A stretch of 64,000 bases of DNA, taken from positions 294,438 to 358,437 of the forward strand of contig CAVQGX010000031.1 of NCBI GenBank assembly GCA_963712115.1. The letters run 5' to 3'. This stretch comes from an uncultured delta proteobacterium (GTDB lineage Bacteria; Desulfobacterota; Syntrophobacteria; BM002). The notes beneath the pieces are model-generated. The model saw only the letters and a list, made by a program, of their open reading frames with translations, did not search any database and had not been told where the DNA came from. Position numbers and translations under genes: made by a program. Positions 18,566 through 27,913 of the stretch are shown piece after piece; positions within the stretch are counted from its first letter, which is position 1; each line of letters starts with the position of its first letter.

Positions 18566-19939
18566 GTGGAGCCGACAACAGTCTATCTAACAAGCCTGGG
18601 TTGTCCTAAAAATAGAGTTGATAGTGAGGTTATCCTTGGCTCTCTCATCAATGCTGGCTACAAACCGGTGGAAGAGCCACTTGATGCCCAGCTTATTGTA
18701 GTGAACACCTGCGGATTTATTAGAAGTGCCACCGAGGAATCCATCGAGACAATTTTGGAGCTGGCTCAGGCGAAAAAATTGGGCCGCTGTGAGTTCCTCG
18801 TAGTGGCAGGGTGCCTGCCCCAACGTTATGGTCGTAAATTGGTCAAGTCCATGCCTGAGGTGGACCTATTCGTGGGCACCAGCTCTTTTGTCCATTTGGT
18901 GGAGATCCTTGCTCGCTATCAGAAGGATGATCTGGAAAGGCTCAATCTTGAGCCACCCAGATTCCTCATGAACTCGAAAACTCCAAGAACTCTTTCGGCC
19001 CCTTTTTACAGTGCCTACCTAAAGGTTGCAGAGGGCTGCAGTAATCGCTGCTCCTTTTGCACCATCCCTGCTATCCGTGGTCCCTATCGCAGCAGACCTC
19101 TGAACGACTTGCTCCAAGAAGCCGAGTGGCTAGCCTCTCGGGGTGTGATTGAACTCAACCTGGTGGCCCAGGATACGACTGCTTATGGAACAGATCTGGA
19201 CGCTACGCTCCGTCTGCCCGACCTTCTGGAGGCCCTGGCAAAAATTGGCAAGTTTCCTTGGATCCGGGTTCTTTATGGCTATCCCCAAAAGATCGATGGT
19301 AAACTGTTGGAGACCATGGCCTCATATGAGTCCATCTGCAATTACCTTGACCTGCCTCTGCAACATGTGTCCGGCCACCTGCTCAAGGCCATGGGTCGAA
19401 CCGGCTCTGCCGAGGAATTCCTTGAGCTCGTCGCCCTGATCCGGGAGTATCTTCCAGAGGTCACCTTGCGGACCACACTAATAGTTGGATTTCCTGGAGA
19501 AAGGCAAGAGGATTTCCAAGAACTTTACGAGTTTGTTGAGCAGGCCAGATTCCAGCGACTGGGACTTTTTGCCTATTCACCCGAAAAGGGGACTCGGGCA
19601 GCCTTATTAAGTGATCCAGTGGAGGAATCCGTTAAAATACAGAGAGTGCAAGTTCTAGCGGCTCTCCAGGAGAAAATCAGTCTGGATTATAACAGCCGCC
19701 TGGTGGGAACAGCCCAACCGGTTCTTATTGAAGGTGTGAGCGACGAGAGCGACTTGCTGCTGCAGGCCCGTCTTGCCTCGCAGGCACCGGAGGTAGACGG
19801 CTGTGTGCTCATAAATAAAGGCTTCGGCAAGGTGGGTGAGATAGTAGCAGCGCGCATAACTGAAGCTCACCCCCATGATCTGATTGGTGAAATCGCTGAG
19901 TCCCCAAATCCACCGTCTAATATGGTTATCAGGAATTAA
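18566..19939 (+). CDS. rimO: Ribosomal protein S12 methylthiotransferase RimO
   Basis: SLGCPKNRVDSE, NTCGFI, radical SAM CSNRCSFC, APEVDG, C-terminal TRAM region. Confidence 0.95.
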   Translation: MEPTTVYLTSLGCPKNRVDSEVILGSLINAGYKPVEEPLDAQLIVVNTCGFIRSATEESIETILELAQAKKLGRCEFLVVAGCLPQRYGRKLVKSMPEVDLFVGTSSFVHLVEILARYQKDDLERLNLEPPRFLMNSKTPRTLSAPFYSAYLKVAEGCSNRCSFCTIPAIRGPYRSRPLNDLLQEAEWLASRGVIELNLVAQDTTAYGTDLDATLRLPDLLEALAKIGKFPWIRVLYGYPQKIDGKLLETMASYESICNYLDLPLQHVSGHLLKAMGRTGSAEEFLELVALIREYLPEVTLRTTLIVGFPGERQEDFQELYEFVEQARFQRLGLFAYSPEKGTRAALLSDPVEESVKIQRVQVLAALQEKISLDYNSRLVGTAQPVLIEGVSDESDLLLQARLASQAPEVDGCVLINKGFGKVGEIVAARITEAHPHDLIGEIAESPNPPSNMVIRN

Positions 19940-19960
19940 ATCAGTTTCTTATGGAGTATT

Positions 19961-20148
19961 CCTGATCGCCAGCAAGGTATTAGATGCGAGGCGCCGAGGA
20001 GCGACTATTGAGGCGTATGGAGCAATACGGTGCAAGCATGCCCCCGCGCAGGCGGGGGGAGAAGCGATCGAAGGCAACGCCGCCCTTCGACTTTGCTCAG
20101 GGCCGTGAGCCTGTCGAACGGCAAATGGTGCCTTGCTGGTGGATCAGG
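19961..20148. mobile_element. MITE-like element with terminal inverted repeats and nested REP-like hairpins
   Basis: CCTGATCGCCAGCAAGG ... CCTTGCTGGTGGATCAGG; nested CCCCCGCGCAGGCGGGGG and CCCTTCGACTTTGCTCAGGGCCGTGAGCCTGTCGAACGG. Confidence 0.65.
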
Positions 20149-20242
20149 GAGTCCGAATTGTTTTGACAACTAACCCAATTTGGGCTATTAAGAAGTGTTC
20201 TATAGTTTTTCCAGCCTCAACTTTAGCTAAGGAACCCCAACA

Positions 20243-21250
20243 TTGTCCCTCAAGAGTACCGCAGAAGACCTGATTCACCAGCAGTACCCTCTTTTCGCCC
20301 AGCTGGATGAAGATCTGCAGCGCATCGAGGAAGAGATTAACAAGAATCTCCAATCCAGTGTGCCCCTCATCGCCCTGGTTACCCGCTACATTATGCGGAG
20401 CGGGGGAAAACGATTGCGCCCCTTGTTGACGGTCCTGGCAGCAAGGCTTTTGAACTATCAAGGTAACGACCACTACGGACTCTCCATTGTCTTCGAGTAC
20501 CTGCACGCAGCCACCCTCCTCCACGATGATGTGGTGGACAATGCCGAACTGCGCCGTGGCAGGCCATCGGCCAACACTCTCTGGGGTAATGCGGCGGTAG
20601 TTCTTGTAGGGGATTTCCTTCTCGCCACATCTTTTTTTCTTTCCGTAATGAGTGGCAACTTAAACATTCTCAGGATCCTCTCGGAGACTACCACCTCTAT
20701 GGCCGAAGGCGAGGTTCTACAATTGATCAACAGTGACAATTTGGAGATTTCCGAGGAGGAATATATTGAGGTTATAAAGCGCAAAACGGCCATTCTTATT
20801 TCGGCGGCATGTCAGATTGGCGCCATTCTTGGTCAGGCGGACGAAGAGCAAGAAGAGGCCATGCGTCGTTTTGGGCTCAACTTGGGTATCGCTTTCCAGC
20901 TCAGAGATGACTTCCTAGACTATGCCGGCAGCGAGGAGGAGTTTGGTAAGCCGGTGGGAAAAGATCTCCAGGAGGGCAAGATTACCCTGCCCTTAATTCA
21001 CGCTCTGCAATCGAGTAATGATGGTGACCGCCAGCGTCTGGTAGAACTCATCATCTCGGACCGCGATTACGAGCAGATCTTTGGCAAGGTCAAAAAAGTC
21101 ATCCAAGATTATCAGGGACTCGACTACACTGATAAGCTTGCCAACCACCACATAACCGAGGCCAAATCGGCACTGTCAATTTTCCCGGAATCACCCACCC
21201 GACAATCCTTACTCGAGATCGCTGAATACGTGGTCACCCGCCGTATTTAG
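20243..21250 (+). CDS. Polyprenyl (octaprenyl-type) diphosphate synthase
   Basis: GGKRLRP, HDDVVD..RRG, FQLRDDFLD, GKDLQEGKITLP. Confidence 0.93.
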   Translation: MSLKSTAEDLIHQQYPLFAQLDEDLQRIEEEINKNLQSSVPLIALVTRYIMRSGGKRLRPLLTVLAARLLNYQGNDHYGLSIVFEYLHAATLLHDDVVDNAELRRGRPSANTLWGNAAVVLVGDFLLATSFFLSVMSGNLNILRILSETTTSMAEGEVLQLINSDNLEISEEEYIEVIKRKTAILISAACQIGAILGQADEEQEEAMRRFGLNLGIAFQLRDDFLDYAGSEEEFGKPVGKDLQEGKITLPLIHALQSSNDGDRQRLVELIISDRDYEQIFGKVKKVIQDYQGLDYTDKLANHHITEAKSALSIFPESPTRQSLLEIAEYVVTRRI

Positions 21251-21313
21251 TTCCCCACGCCACCATTCTTCCTAACCGGACCACTGTATTTCTGGTCTAA
21301 GTTTAGCTTTCCA

Positions 21314-21603
21314 ACTAGGCACTAGGCAGTAAGCGCTAAACACCGAGAATGAGAATTCGGAATGCGGAGCTTGCAGATAAATTCGAAATCCTAATATCTA
21401 AATCCTAAACAAATTCAAATTTTCAAAATCGCAAATGGCCGAAACTTCCAATTCATTGTTTAATTCGATTTTGTTTTGAACATTGGAAAATTTGGAATTC
21501 GGATTTGTTTCGTGCTTCGGATTTAGGATTTCGGATTTGATATTGAGCGCTTACTACTCCCCGTTCCGAGTTAGAATGCATAGTCCTTAGTGCGTAGTGT
21601 AGT
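21314..21603. repeat. Nested element: ACTAGGC/TAGTGC arms enclosing AT-rich inverted-arm element copy 2 (21379-21538)
   Basis: actaggc actaggc agtaagc gctaaac ... tagtccttagtgcgtagtgtagt; inner element homologous to 6978-7134. Confidence 0.8.
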
Positions 21604-21684
21604 TGTCACTTGGGTACGAGGTTTGCATAAGAATCCTATCTACTTTGACATGTGCTTGGAAAGGTTCGGTAGATTTCGGCCCAC

Positions 21685-23916
21685 ATGATCAACCAATGGC
21701 GAGGAAAATCTGTTATGTCCAAGGTTTATAAATGGTTGGCTGCAATCTTGGGTGGTCTGCTCTTGTTGTTTTTGGTGCTAGTTCTATTTGTCCGCTTCTA
21801 CCTTACGGGTGAACTTATCGCCGCTTGGATTGAGCCTCCCATGGAAAACTATCTACACCGCAATGTGACGCTTGCTGATGCCAGGATTGGATTCCGCGGC
21901 TTTCGAGTAGATGGCCTGGAGATCCACGAACAAGGCAGCAGTGCTCCGTTGCTAAAGGGTGAAAAGTTAGAGCTCCGTTGGAGATTCAAGGAACTTATAA
22001 AAGGTAGAATCGTAATCCACACCCTGGTGTTCACCAAGCCGGAGATTAATCTCATCCGCTATGAAGACGGAAAACTGAACATCGCCGACCTGTTACCGGA
22101 GCATGCAGATCCAAATATTCAGGAATATTCCAGCAAGCATGCCGGTGTCCCACTGCTTATTTCATTACTTTCTATGGAAAATGGTCACCTTAGCTTTGTG
22201 GATCGTTCCCAGAAGCCCCAAGCAACATTGGAAATAAGAAACCTCAAATCGCGGATAAATGACTTTTCCGCCAGCGCACCCATTCCCTTTCAGATAGAAG
22301 GCCAGATTGTGGGCACGGGTCAAGGTTCTTTGGCTGTGAATGGCACTTACAACCCGGTAGGTGAAAACCTCGAGGGGAATTTGAGTCTCAAAGAAGTTGA
22401 TCTGGTAAGGATTAGTCCCTTCATAGCTCGAAATCACTCACATGTTATCCAGCAAGGCAACCTGACTTTGGAAACATCCCTGTCCACAGAGGGATTTGAC
22501 CACTTTGTGGCTCAAGGCAGTCTGAATCTGGATAAACTGAAGGTAAAAAATGGTGAAAAGCTGTCTGACACCCTCCAGGTGGAAGGCGATTTCCAACTTG
22601 ATGCTTTACTCTCCAAGGAAACACTTAAAGTGAACTCTCTCAACCTGGTTCTCAATGGGCAAATGGCCGAGATCCAGGGAACGCTTACTAAGTGGCAGCA
22701 AAAACCTCTTTTTGATTTTACTCTCACCTCCCATGAAATTAAATTGGACGAACTCTTGGCCCTCCTACCCAAAGCTCCACCTGCAACTGAGACCATTGAA
22801 GCCCCAACTGATCAATCAGCACCCGTTAAGGAGAGCTCGTCGACTCCTGAGGTTGAGGAAAAAGCCAGTTCTGAGGTGGTTTCTCTGCCTTCGTCAACGA
22901 AGACGGAAGAAAAGTTGGTTGAACAACTCAAGACTCCCGAGACTGCCCCAGAATCAACCGCTGTTGGTGGTAAGGCTGGTGGAGACTCCGGCGAGTCAGT
23001 TGTACTGCCCACAGGACCAGCTTCTGAAGGTGGAAGGGAAGAGTTGGAGGGGAATAAACCCTTTAATCTGGATGCTCAGGCAACTATTCATCTTGACTGG
23101 CTTCATTATAAAAAATTGGTTGCCAGCAATGTTGACTGCCAGGTGAATTTTCAAGAAGGAAAATTGCGAGTACAACCTCTGTCAGCGTCTCTTTATGGCG
23201 GCACATTAGGGGGTAATGCAAGAACGGACACGAAATCGGTCGGTCCCCCTTTCCATTCTATTGTTTACACAGAAAATATCCTGCTTGACGAAATAGTTGG
23301 AGTCATTTGGCCCGAAACCGGCGGGCGCTGGTCCGGCAATGTGAACCTCTTCTTTAGAGGCAATGGTAGCGGATCAGACCTGAGTGCCCTGCAATCCCGC
23401 ATTGATTTGAATATCAACGAAGCCGAGTTTTCTGGGCACCCTCTTTTCACAAAGCTTGCAGAGTTGTTTCAAGCCGAAAACCTTAAACAACTCCGATTTT
23501 CCCAAGTAACTGCAAGGGTTCTCACAAAGGAAGGGATAGCTACTATTAAAAGGCTGCATTTAGTTGGTCCCATAGTGCAAGCGGAAGGAAGTGGAACCGC
23601 GGGTCTCTTGGATAAAAATCTCGACTTACATCTACTCCTCCAGATCCGAGCTCAGTATGTAGGTAAAATCGGGCCTTTAAGGGACATAGTCACCAAAATC
23701 TCAGATAAACACGGCTTTGTTCAACTACCCTTGACGGTGCAGGGTACCTTTGATGAGCCAGTGTATGGGCTGAATCAGAGCTGGCTGGAGAAAACTGCCA
23801 AAAGAGTCGGGGTTCAGCAAGTGAAAAAGCCTGATAAGAAACAGCTGCCCAAGCAGCCTATTAGCGAGCAAAAGCAGAAGCAACTCAAAGAGGGATTAGA
23901 AAAGCTTGTCCAGTGA
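21685..23916 (+). CDS. AsmA-family / DUF748 periplasmic protein
   Basis: N-terminal TM anchor, PEINLIR..DGKLNIADLL, SLYGG.L.G, LPLTVQGTFDEP; low-complexity central linker; alternative start 21715. Confidence 0.8.
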   Translation: MINQWRGKSVMSKVYKWLAAILGGLLLLFLVLVLFVRFYLTGELIAAWIEPPMENYLHRNVTLADARIGFRGFRVDGLEIHEQGSSAPLLKGEKLELRWRFKELIKGRIVIHTLVFTKPEINLIRYEDGKLNIADLLPEHADPNIQEYSSKHAGVPLLISLLSMENGHLSFVDRSQKPQATLEIRNLKSRINDFSASAPIPFQIEGQIVGTGQGSLAVNGTYNPVGENLEGNLSLKEVDLVRISPFIARNHSHVIQQGNLTLETSLSTEGFDHFVAQGSLNLDKLKVKNGEKLSDTLQVEGDFQLDALLSKETLKVNSLNLVLNGQMAEIQGTLTKWQQKPLFDFTLTSHEIKLDELLALLPKAPPATETIEAPTDQSAPVKESSSTPEVEEKASSEVVSLPSSTKTEEKLVEQLKTPETAPESTAVGGKAGGDSGESVVLPTGPASEGGREELEGNKPFNLDAQATIHLDWLHYKKLVASNVDCQVNFQEGKLRVQPLSASLYGGTLGGNARTDTKSVGPPFHSIVYTENILLDEIVGVIWPETGGRWSGNVNLFFRGNGSGSDLSALQSRIDLNINEAEFSGHPLFTKLAELFQAENLKQLRFSQVTARVLTKEGIATIKRLHLVGPIVQAEGSGTAGLLDKNLDLHLLLQIRAQYVGKIGPLRDIVTKISDKHGFVQLPLTVQGTFDEPVYGLNQSWLEKTAKRVGVQQVKKPDKKQLPKQPISEQKQKQLKEGLEKLVQ

Positions 23917-23924
23917 CATTCAAC

Positions 23925-23964
23925 TGGAATGGTGGAATAATGGAATACTGGAATATTGGAAATT
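23925..23964. repeat. Octamer tandem repeat TGGAATNN
   Basis: tggaatgg tggaataa tggaatac tggaatat tggaaatt; short inverted remnant ttccaacattcc at ~24078. Confidence 0.75.
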
Positions 23965-24090
23965 ATGGTCATGGTCTTTGTCTTGGTAGACGCGTAAAAC
24001 TCTGAAACTTCGCGGACTATACTCGCCTTACTTCTAGGCTTTTGTCCCCCCAATGTATTTGAAGACTAGACCCAACTTTCCAACATTCCT

Positions 24091-24250
24091 AAGAGAGAAA
24101 CCCCGACAAACCCTCGCGCTGCCTGACTCACCGCCCCCTACCGTCCCTTCCAGTTGTTCTGGGAGCTCAACTGGCCTTACGTTTAGTCCGTAAGCGGATT
24201 CATAGGTTGGTCTCTTGGAGCCAAGTCCCCGCACGCGGCTTATCGGGGTC
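24091..24250 (-). ncRNA. Candidate stand-alone structured RNA (~160 nt), family unassigned
   Basis: Extended -10 TGCTAAGAT just upstream; 5' and 3' ends pair (ACCCCGAUAAGCC / GGGUUUGUCGGGGU); two internal hairpins; pyrimidine tail UUUCUCUCUU. Confidence 0.55.
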
Positions 24251-24344
24251 ATCTAATCTTAGCACAATTTGTGTTTGCTCTCATAGATTTTTTTCTGGTC
24301 TTTCTGTCCCCCATGCCTTCCCACTCTTTTCTTAATTCAGCCCC

Positions 24345-24611
24345 TCAGTTGTCCGTAGTCCGTTGTCAGTTGCTCAAAACGTTGAAACCGTTTAAATAAC
24401 TTCAAATTGGATATGAGATGTGAGATCTGAGATGTGGGGTGCTAAATCTCCGGGTAAATGTTGAATCTCACATCACACATCACACATCGCACATCTGCTC
24501 CTTTGGATTTTGCTTTTTTTAAATCCGAAATCCGCAATCCGAAATCCGCAATGCCCTTCCATGCTCCATGCGGCGAACGGAGTGAGCAACAACGAACCAC
24601 GGACTACTGAC
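24345..24611. repeat. Nested heptamer composite (outer TCCGTWG arms, inner TGAGATG/CACATCA arms, AATCCGC run)
   Basis: Inner ~150 bp recurs inverted at 44331-44477. Confidence 0.85.
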
Positions 24612-24735
24612 CAGGTAGAAATACCCTAGCCTTTGAGGCGAAAAAATGGTAAGCATTCTAACGTGTGGCACAGGTGGCGGGCCAAGGCTTTGACTTTAGC
24701 CGACTAGATTTTCAGGAGCCCTAAATGCAAGTTTT

Positions 24736-24848
24736 CTGGAGTACTGGAGTAGTGGAGTACTGGAGGAATATCGAAATCAGACTGCCGTCTTCGAACAGAC
24801 TCTAATGTATTTGCAACACTCCAATACTCCATCACTCCATCACTCCAA
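24736..24848. repeat. Inverted octamer arms TGGAGTAS / CACTCCAT
   Basis: ctggagta ctggagta gtggagta ctggag ... cactccaa tactccat cactccat cactccaa. Confidence 0.85.
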
Positions 24849-24867
24849 TTAAGAGGAATCTTTTCCC

Positions 24868-25776
24868 ATGAAAGAAAGGACTCCCTTCTTTTGCATCTTA
24901 ACTCTCGTGTTTCTGGCCATGGTCGCCGGGCTGATCGTCTGGCAGTGGGATACCCTGGTTGAGAAAATTGCAGGAGAAAAACTCGAGGAGGAACGCCAGG
25001 GTTGGATGGAACGAACTCAAGAGCTCGAGTCCATCATTCTGGAGTTGCAGCAGGGTAAAGAATTTAAACCGCTCCTGCCAGCGGAAAGATTAAGTCAAGC
25101 CTTTGGTCCTACTTCACCTTTAGTGAAGGGGGCGTCACCAAGAAGCATGAAGTGCGAAGAACTGGAGGCCTCCCTCCGCGCCTTTTGCCAGTATCTGGAC
25201 GCCGGTGAAACTTTTCGCTCTCAAAAGACTCACCGTGACAGTTGGGCACTTTTTACCAGCATTCTTCAGTCCCTGGAACGGCGACCTCCAGTAATGAGCG
25301 CGGAAGCTTATAGACCCTCGGTAATAGTTGAAAATAGCTTTTATTTCATCAGGTTACTCGGCAAAGAGAAGATCGACATTCTGCGCGAGGTGATCAAATT
25401 CGAGTCAGATCTTGCTGAACCCCTTATGGGCATCATCTACTACTGGCTAATGACTGGCAGGAGTTGTGACAAGTTACCATCTCCCTCTTCTGCTTTAAAG
25501 TTTATGTATAATTACGCTGGCTTCTTCCTGAACACCCTGGGGGGCCATTCGTATTTGTACCGCCAAGACTCAAGAATCAGACTATTGACCGTCTACTACT
25601 CTATCCTGGTAATGCATGAGGCCAATATGAGGGAATTAAACGAGGTGGGGTTTGATCTCCGCTTTTTCCTTCCCCATATTTTCCAAGAGGTTCAGAGTCG
25701 CAATGATCTGTTATATGCGGAGGATTATCTCCAAACTCTGACCAATCTCCAACTGCAATACTTCCGGCTGGAGTGA
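24868..25776 (+). CDS. Hypothetical membrane-anchored protein
   Basis: 302-aa ORF with RBS GAGG, single N-terminal TM, helical body; no family recognised. Confidence 0.75.
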   Translation: MKERTPFFCILTLVFLAMVAGLIVWQWDTLVEKIAGEKLEEERQGWMERTQELESIILELQQGKEFKPLLPAERLSQAFGPTSPLVKGASPRSMKCEELEASLRAFCQYLDAGETFRSQKTHRDSWALFTSILQSLERRPPVMSAEAYRPSVIVENSFYFIRLLGKEKIDILREVIKFESDLAEPLMGIIYYWLMTGRSCDKLPSPSSALKFMYNYAGFFLNTLGGHSYLYRQDSRIRLLTVYYSILVMHEANMRELNEVGFDLRFFLPHIFQEVQSRNDLLYAEDYLQTLTNLQLQYFRLE

Positions 25777-25846
25777 AAACAATAAATTGACCTCAGATTA
25801 GAAGAATTTGTTTGATCCTACTGGACAAAAGGTAACGGAGGAACAT

Positions 25847-26254
25847 ATGGCGACGAGATTCGTTAACAATGGCGATGGCACCGTGACGGATGGCGAGACC
25901 AATCTCGTATGGCAGAAGGATCCGGCCCCGGAGCGGATTACTTGGCCTGAAGCACAGCAGTACGTTGACCAGTTGAATGCTGAAAGCTTTGCTGGCCATA
26001 ATGACTGGAGCTTACCGACCAATGAAGAACTGTTAACTCTCATGCTCTCAAGGGAGAACAACAAGCGACTCTTTATAGACCCTATCTTTGGTTCGCAGCG
26101 CTGCTTCTGGAGTGCGGACACCCGAGGCCACCATGAGGCCTGTTACGTCGACTATTACTACGGAGGGGTTTACCGGTTTCAAGAGAATTATGTGAACCAC
26201 TCAGTGCGGGCCGTTAGGGGTCAGATGGCAAAGGTTGCTGAGCAAGCCAGTTAG
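25847..26254 (+). CDS. DUF1566 (Lcl C-terminal-like) domain protein
   Basis: RFVNNGDGTVTD..T.LVWQ, GHNDW.LPT.EEL, VRAVR; ATG at 25847 behind GGAGG. Confidence 0.85.
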   Translation: MATRFVNNGDGTVTDGETNLVWQKDPAPERITWPEAQQYVDQLNAESFAGHNDWSLPTNEELLTLMLSRENNKRLFIDPIFGSQRCFWSADTRGHHEACYVDYYYGGVYRFQENYVNHSVRAVRGQMAKVAEQAS

Positions 26255-26291
26255 CAACTCTTGACAAACGCCGCCATACTGGCCACCGTCG

Positions 26292-26377
26292 CGACACGGA
26301 GATAGGGAGAGACGGAGACGCGGGGAGTTATGAATTTTATTCTCTCCCCGTCCCCGTTTCTCCGCGTCGCCGCGTCG
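26292..26377. repeat. Inverted octamer arms (ACRCGGAG family), copy 1
   Basis: gacacggagatagggagagacggagacgcgggg ... ccccgtccccgtttctccgcgtcgccgcgtcg; related to 52722-52814. Confidence 0.8.
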
Positions 26378-26446
26378 GTCCGGTACCACATAATACCGCC
26401 GCAATGAAGGTGACCTCTCGGGAGTCATATCTGCGGAGCAGCATGA

Positions 26447-26962
26447 ATGAACGGGTACGTCCAGGTCTATACCGGTGACGGTAAAGGCAAGACCACCGCT
26501 GCCATCGGTCTGGCAATTAGGTCTCTAGGCGCAGGCTGGCGGGTATTCATCGCCCAATTCCTGAAAGCTGGGGAATATAGCGAGCATAAGGCTTTAGCAA
26601 AGTTCTCTGATCATCTCACCATCAAGACTTATGGGAGGAATGTTTTCATAAAAGGAAAGCCCGAAGATGAAGATAGACGGTTGGCCCAGGCAGCATATGA
26701 GGAGATCGCTGAGATTGTTGCTTCCGGGCGCTACCGTTTAGTGATTCTTGACGAGGCTAATGTGGCTGCTCACTACGGCCTGATAACGGTGGACCAGATT
26801 CTCGAGCTCATAGACCGGAGGGCTGAGGGGGTTGAACTGGTCATCACTGGCCGTTATGCCCACTCACGGTTGATCGACCGCGCCGACCTAGTTACTGAAA
26901 TGCGTGAAGTGAAGCACTACTTCCATCGAGGCATCAAGGCTCGAAGGGGAGTCGAGAAATGA
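26447..26962 (+). CDS. cobO: Cob(I)alamin adenosyltransferase (CobO/BtuR/CobA type)
   Basis: VYTGDGKGKTTAA.GLA.R, ILDE, VITGR.A, ADLVTEM..VKH. Confidence 0.93.
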   Translation: MNGYVQVYTGDGKGKTTAAIGLAIRSLGAGWRVFIAQFLKAGEYSEHKALAKFSDHLTIKTYGRNVFIKGKPEDEDRRLAQAAYEEIAEIVASGRYRLVILDEANVAAHYGLITVDQILELIDRRAEGVELVITGRYAHSRLIDRADLVTEMREVKHYFHRGIKARRGVEK

Positions 26963-27036
26963 AGGTTTCGGGTGTCAGGTGTCAGGAAAGAAATCAAGCG
27001 TAAAATCTGAAACCTGAAACCTGAACACTGAAACCT
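26963..27036. repeat. Inverted heptamer arms GGTKTCA / TGAAACC, copy 1
   Basis: aggtttcgggtgtcaggtgtcagg ... ctgaaacctgaaacctgaacactgaaacct; second copy at 34604-34686. Confidence 0.85.
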
Positions 27037-27113
27037 CAGTCATTGATATTTGGAATTTTAAGACCCTCTAGAATTCTGCACCATCTTTACCGGCAAAGAT
27101 AAAGAACTATCGC

Positions 27114-27629
27114 ATGAAGCGGATCACCCTAGTAACTGGAGGCAGTCGAAGCGGCAAGAGCAAAATTGCCTTGAACCTTGCTGCTCCATACGTAAATAAG
27201 GCTTTCATCGCTACCGCTGAAGCAACCGATGATGAGATGCTGGCTCGCATTGAACGCCATCGCCGCGAACGTGATTCATCATACTTAACCGTGGAGGAAC
27301 CGGTTAACCTGGACATGGCTTTAAAATCTTTGCCAGAAAAGACGGAGGTGGCGGTTCTTGACTGTATAACAGTTTGGCTTGGCAACCTCTTTTATCGAGA
27401 GAGAATAATTGATGGAGCTTGCCCAGAAATAAATGGGTTTTTGGACATTCTTGACTCCCCACCTTGTCACCTCATCCTTGTAACAAATGAAATTGGCATG
27501 GGCGTTATCCCCGCGGACTCGGCCACTCGTCACTTCCGCGACATAGCGGGCAGTCTTAACCAGCAGCTTGCCGAACGAGCCCATGAGGTTATTTTGTCGG
27601 TCAGTGGGATTCCCCTCCGAGTCAAATGA
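27114..27629 (+). CDS. cobU: Adenosylcobinamide kinase / cobinamide-phosphate guanylyltransferase
   Basis: LVTGGSRSGKS, IATA..D.EM..RI..H, VTNEIGMG. Confidence 0.95.
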   Translation: MKRITLVTGGSRSGKSKIALNLAAPYVNKAFIATAEATDDEMLARIERHRRERDSSYLTVEEPVNLDMALKSLPEKTEVAVLDCITVWLGNLFYRERIIDGACPEINGFLDILDSPPCHLILVTNEIGMGVIPADSATRHFRDIAGSLNQQLAERAHEVILSVSGIPLRVK

Positions 27630-27721
27630 ACTAAAATGATCTAAAATGCCTAAAGTGCCTAAAGTTAGAAAACAAGTGGAGCACCATTTGAGTGGCACGG
27701 TGTGGATTACAGCTGCTCATT

Positions 27722-27863
27722 GTCATTTGGCCACTAGACGTGGCCGTCATTACGCTTCGCTGTCAATATGCCTTCGGCGTCATTTATTGTCATCTGTTTC
27801 AACAACCTAATGACGGGCGGCAGCCCTATTGACGGCGAAGCCAAGTGACGCGAAGCATATGAC
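27722..27863. repeat. Modular GTCA/TGAC mini-hairpin array, copy 3
   Basis: gtcattt GGCCACTAGACGTGGCC gtcatta cGCTTCGCt gtcaata tGCCTTCGGC ... tgac GGGCGGCAGCCC ta ttgac GGCGAAGCC aa gtgac GCGAAGC at atgac. Confidence 0.9.
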
Positions 27864-27913
27864 TACAAAGTGCCTAGTAGAAATGTCTGCCAGCTGGGTA
27901 GATGGAGTGAACT

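Noticed and set aside
24091-24250. Assignment as 6S RNA or SRP RNA
   Set aside because: Lacks the SRP TCAGG..GGAA..AGCAG loop and the symmetric central bubble and zapA/ygfA context typical of 6S; left unassigned.
24034-24252. 72-aa minus-strand ORF over the candidate ncRNA
   Set aside because: No RBS, starts at the predicted TSS, unremarkable composition; base-pairing explains the region better, though a leaderless peptide cannot be excluded.
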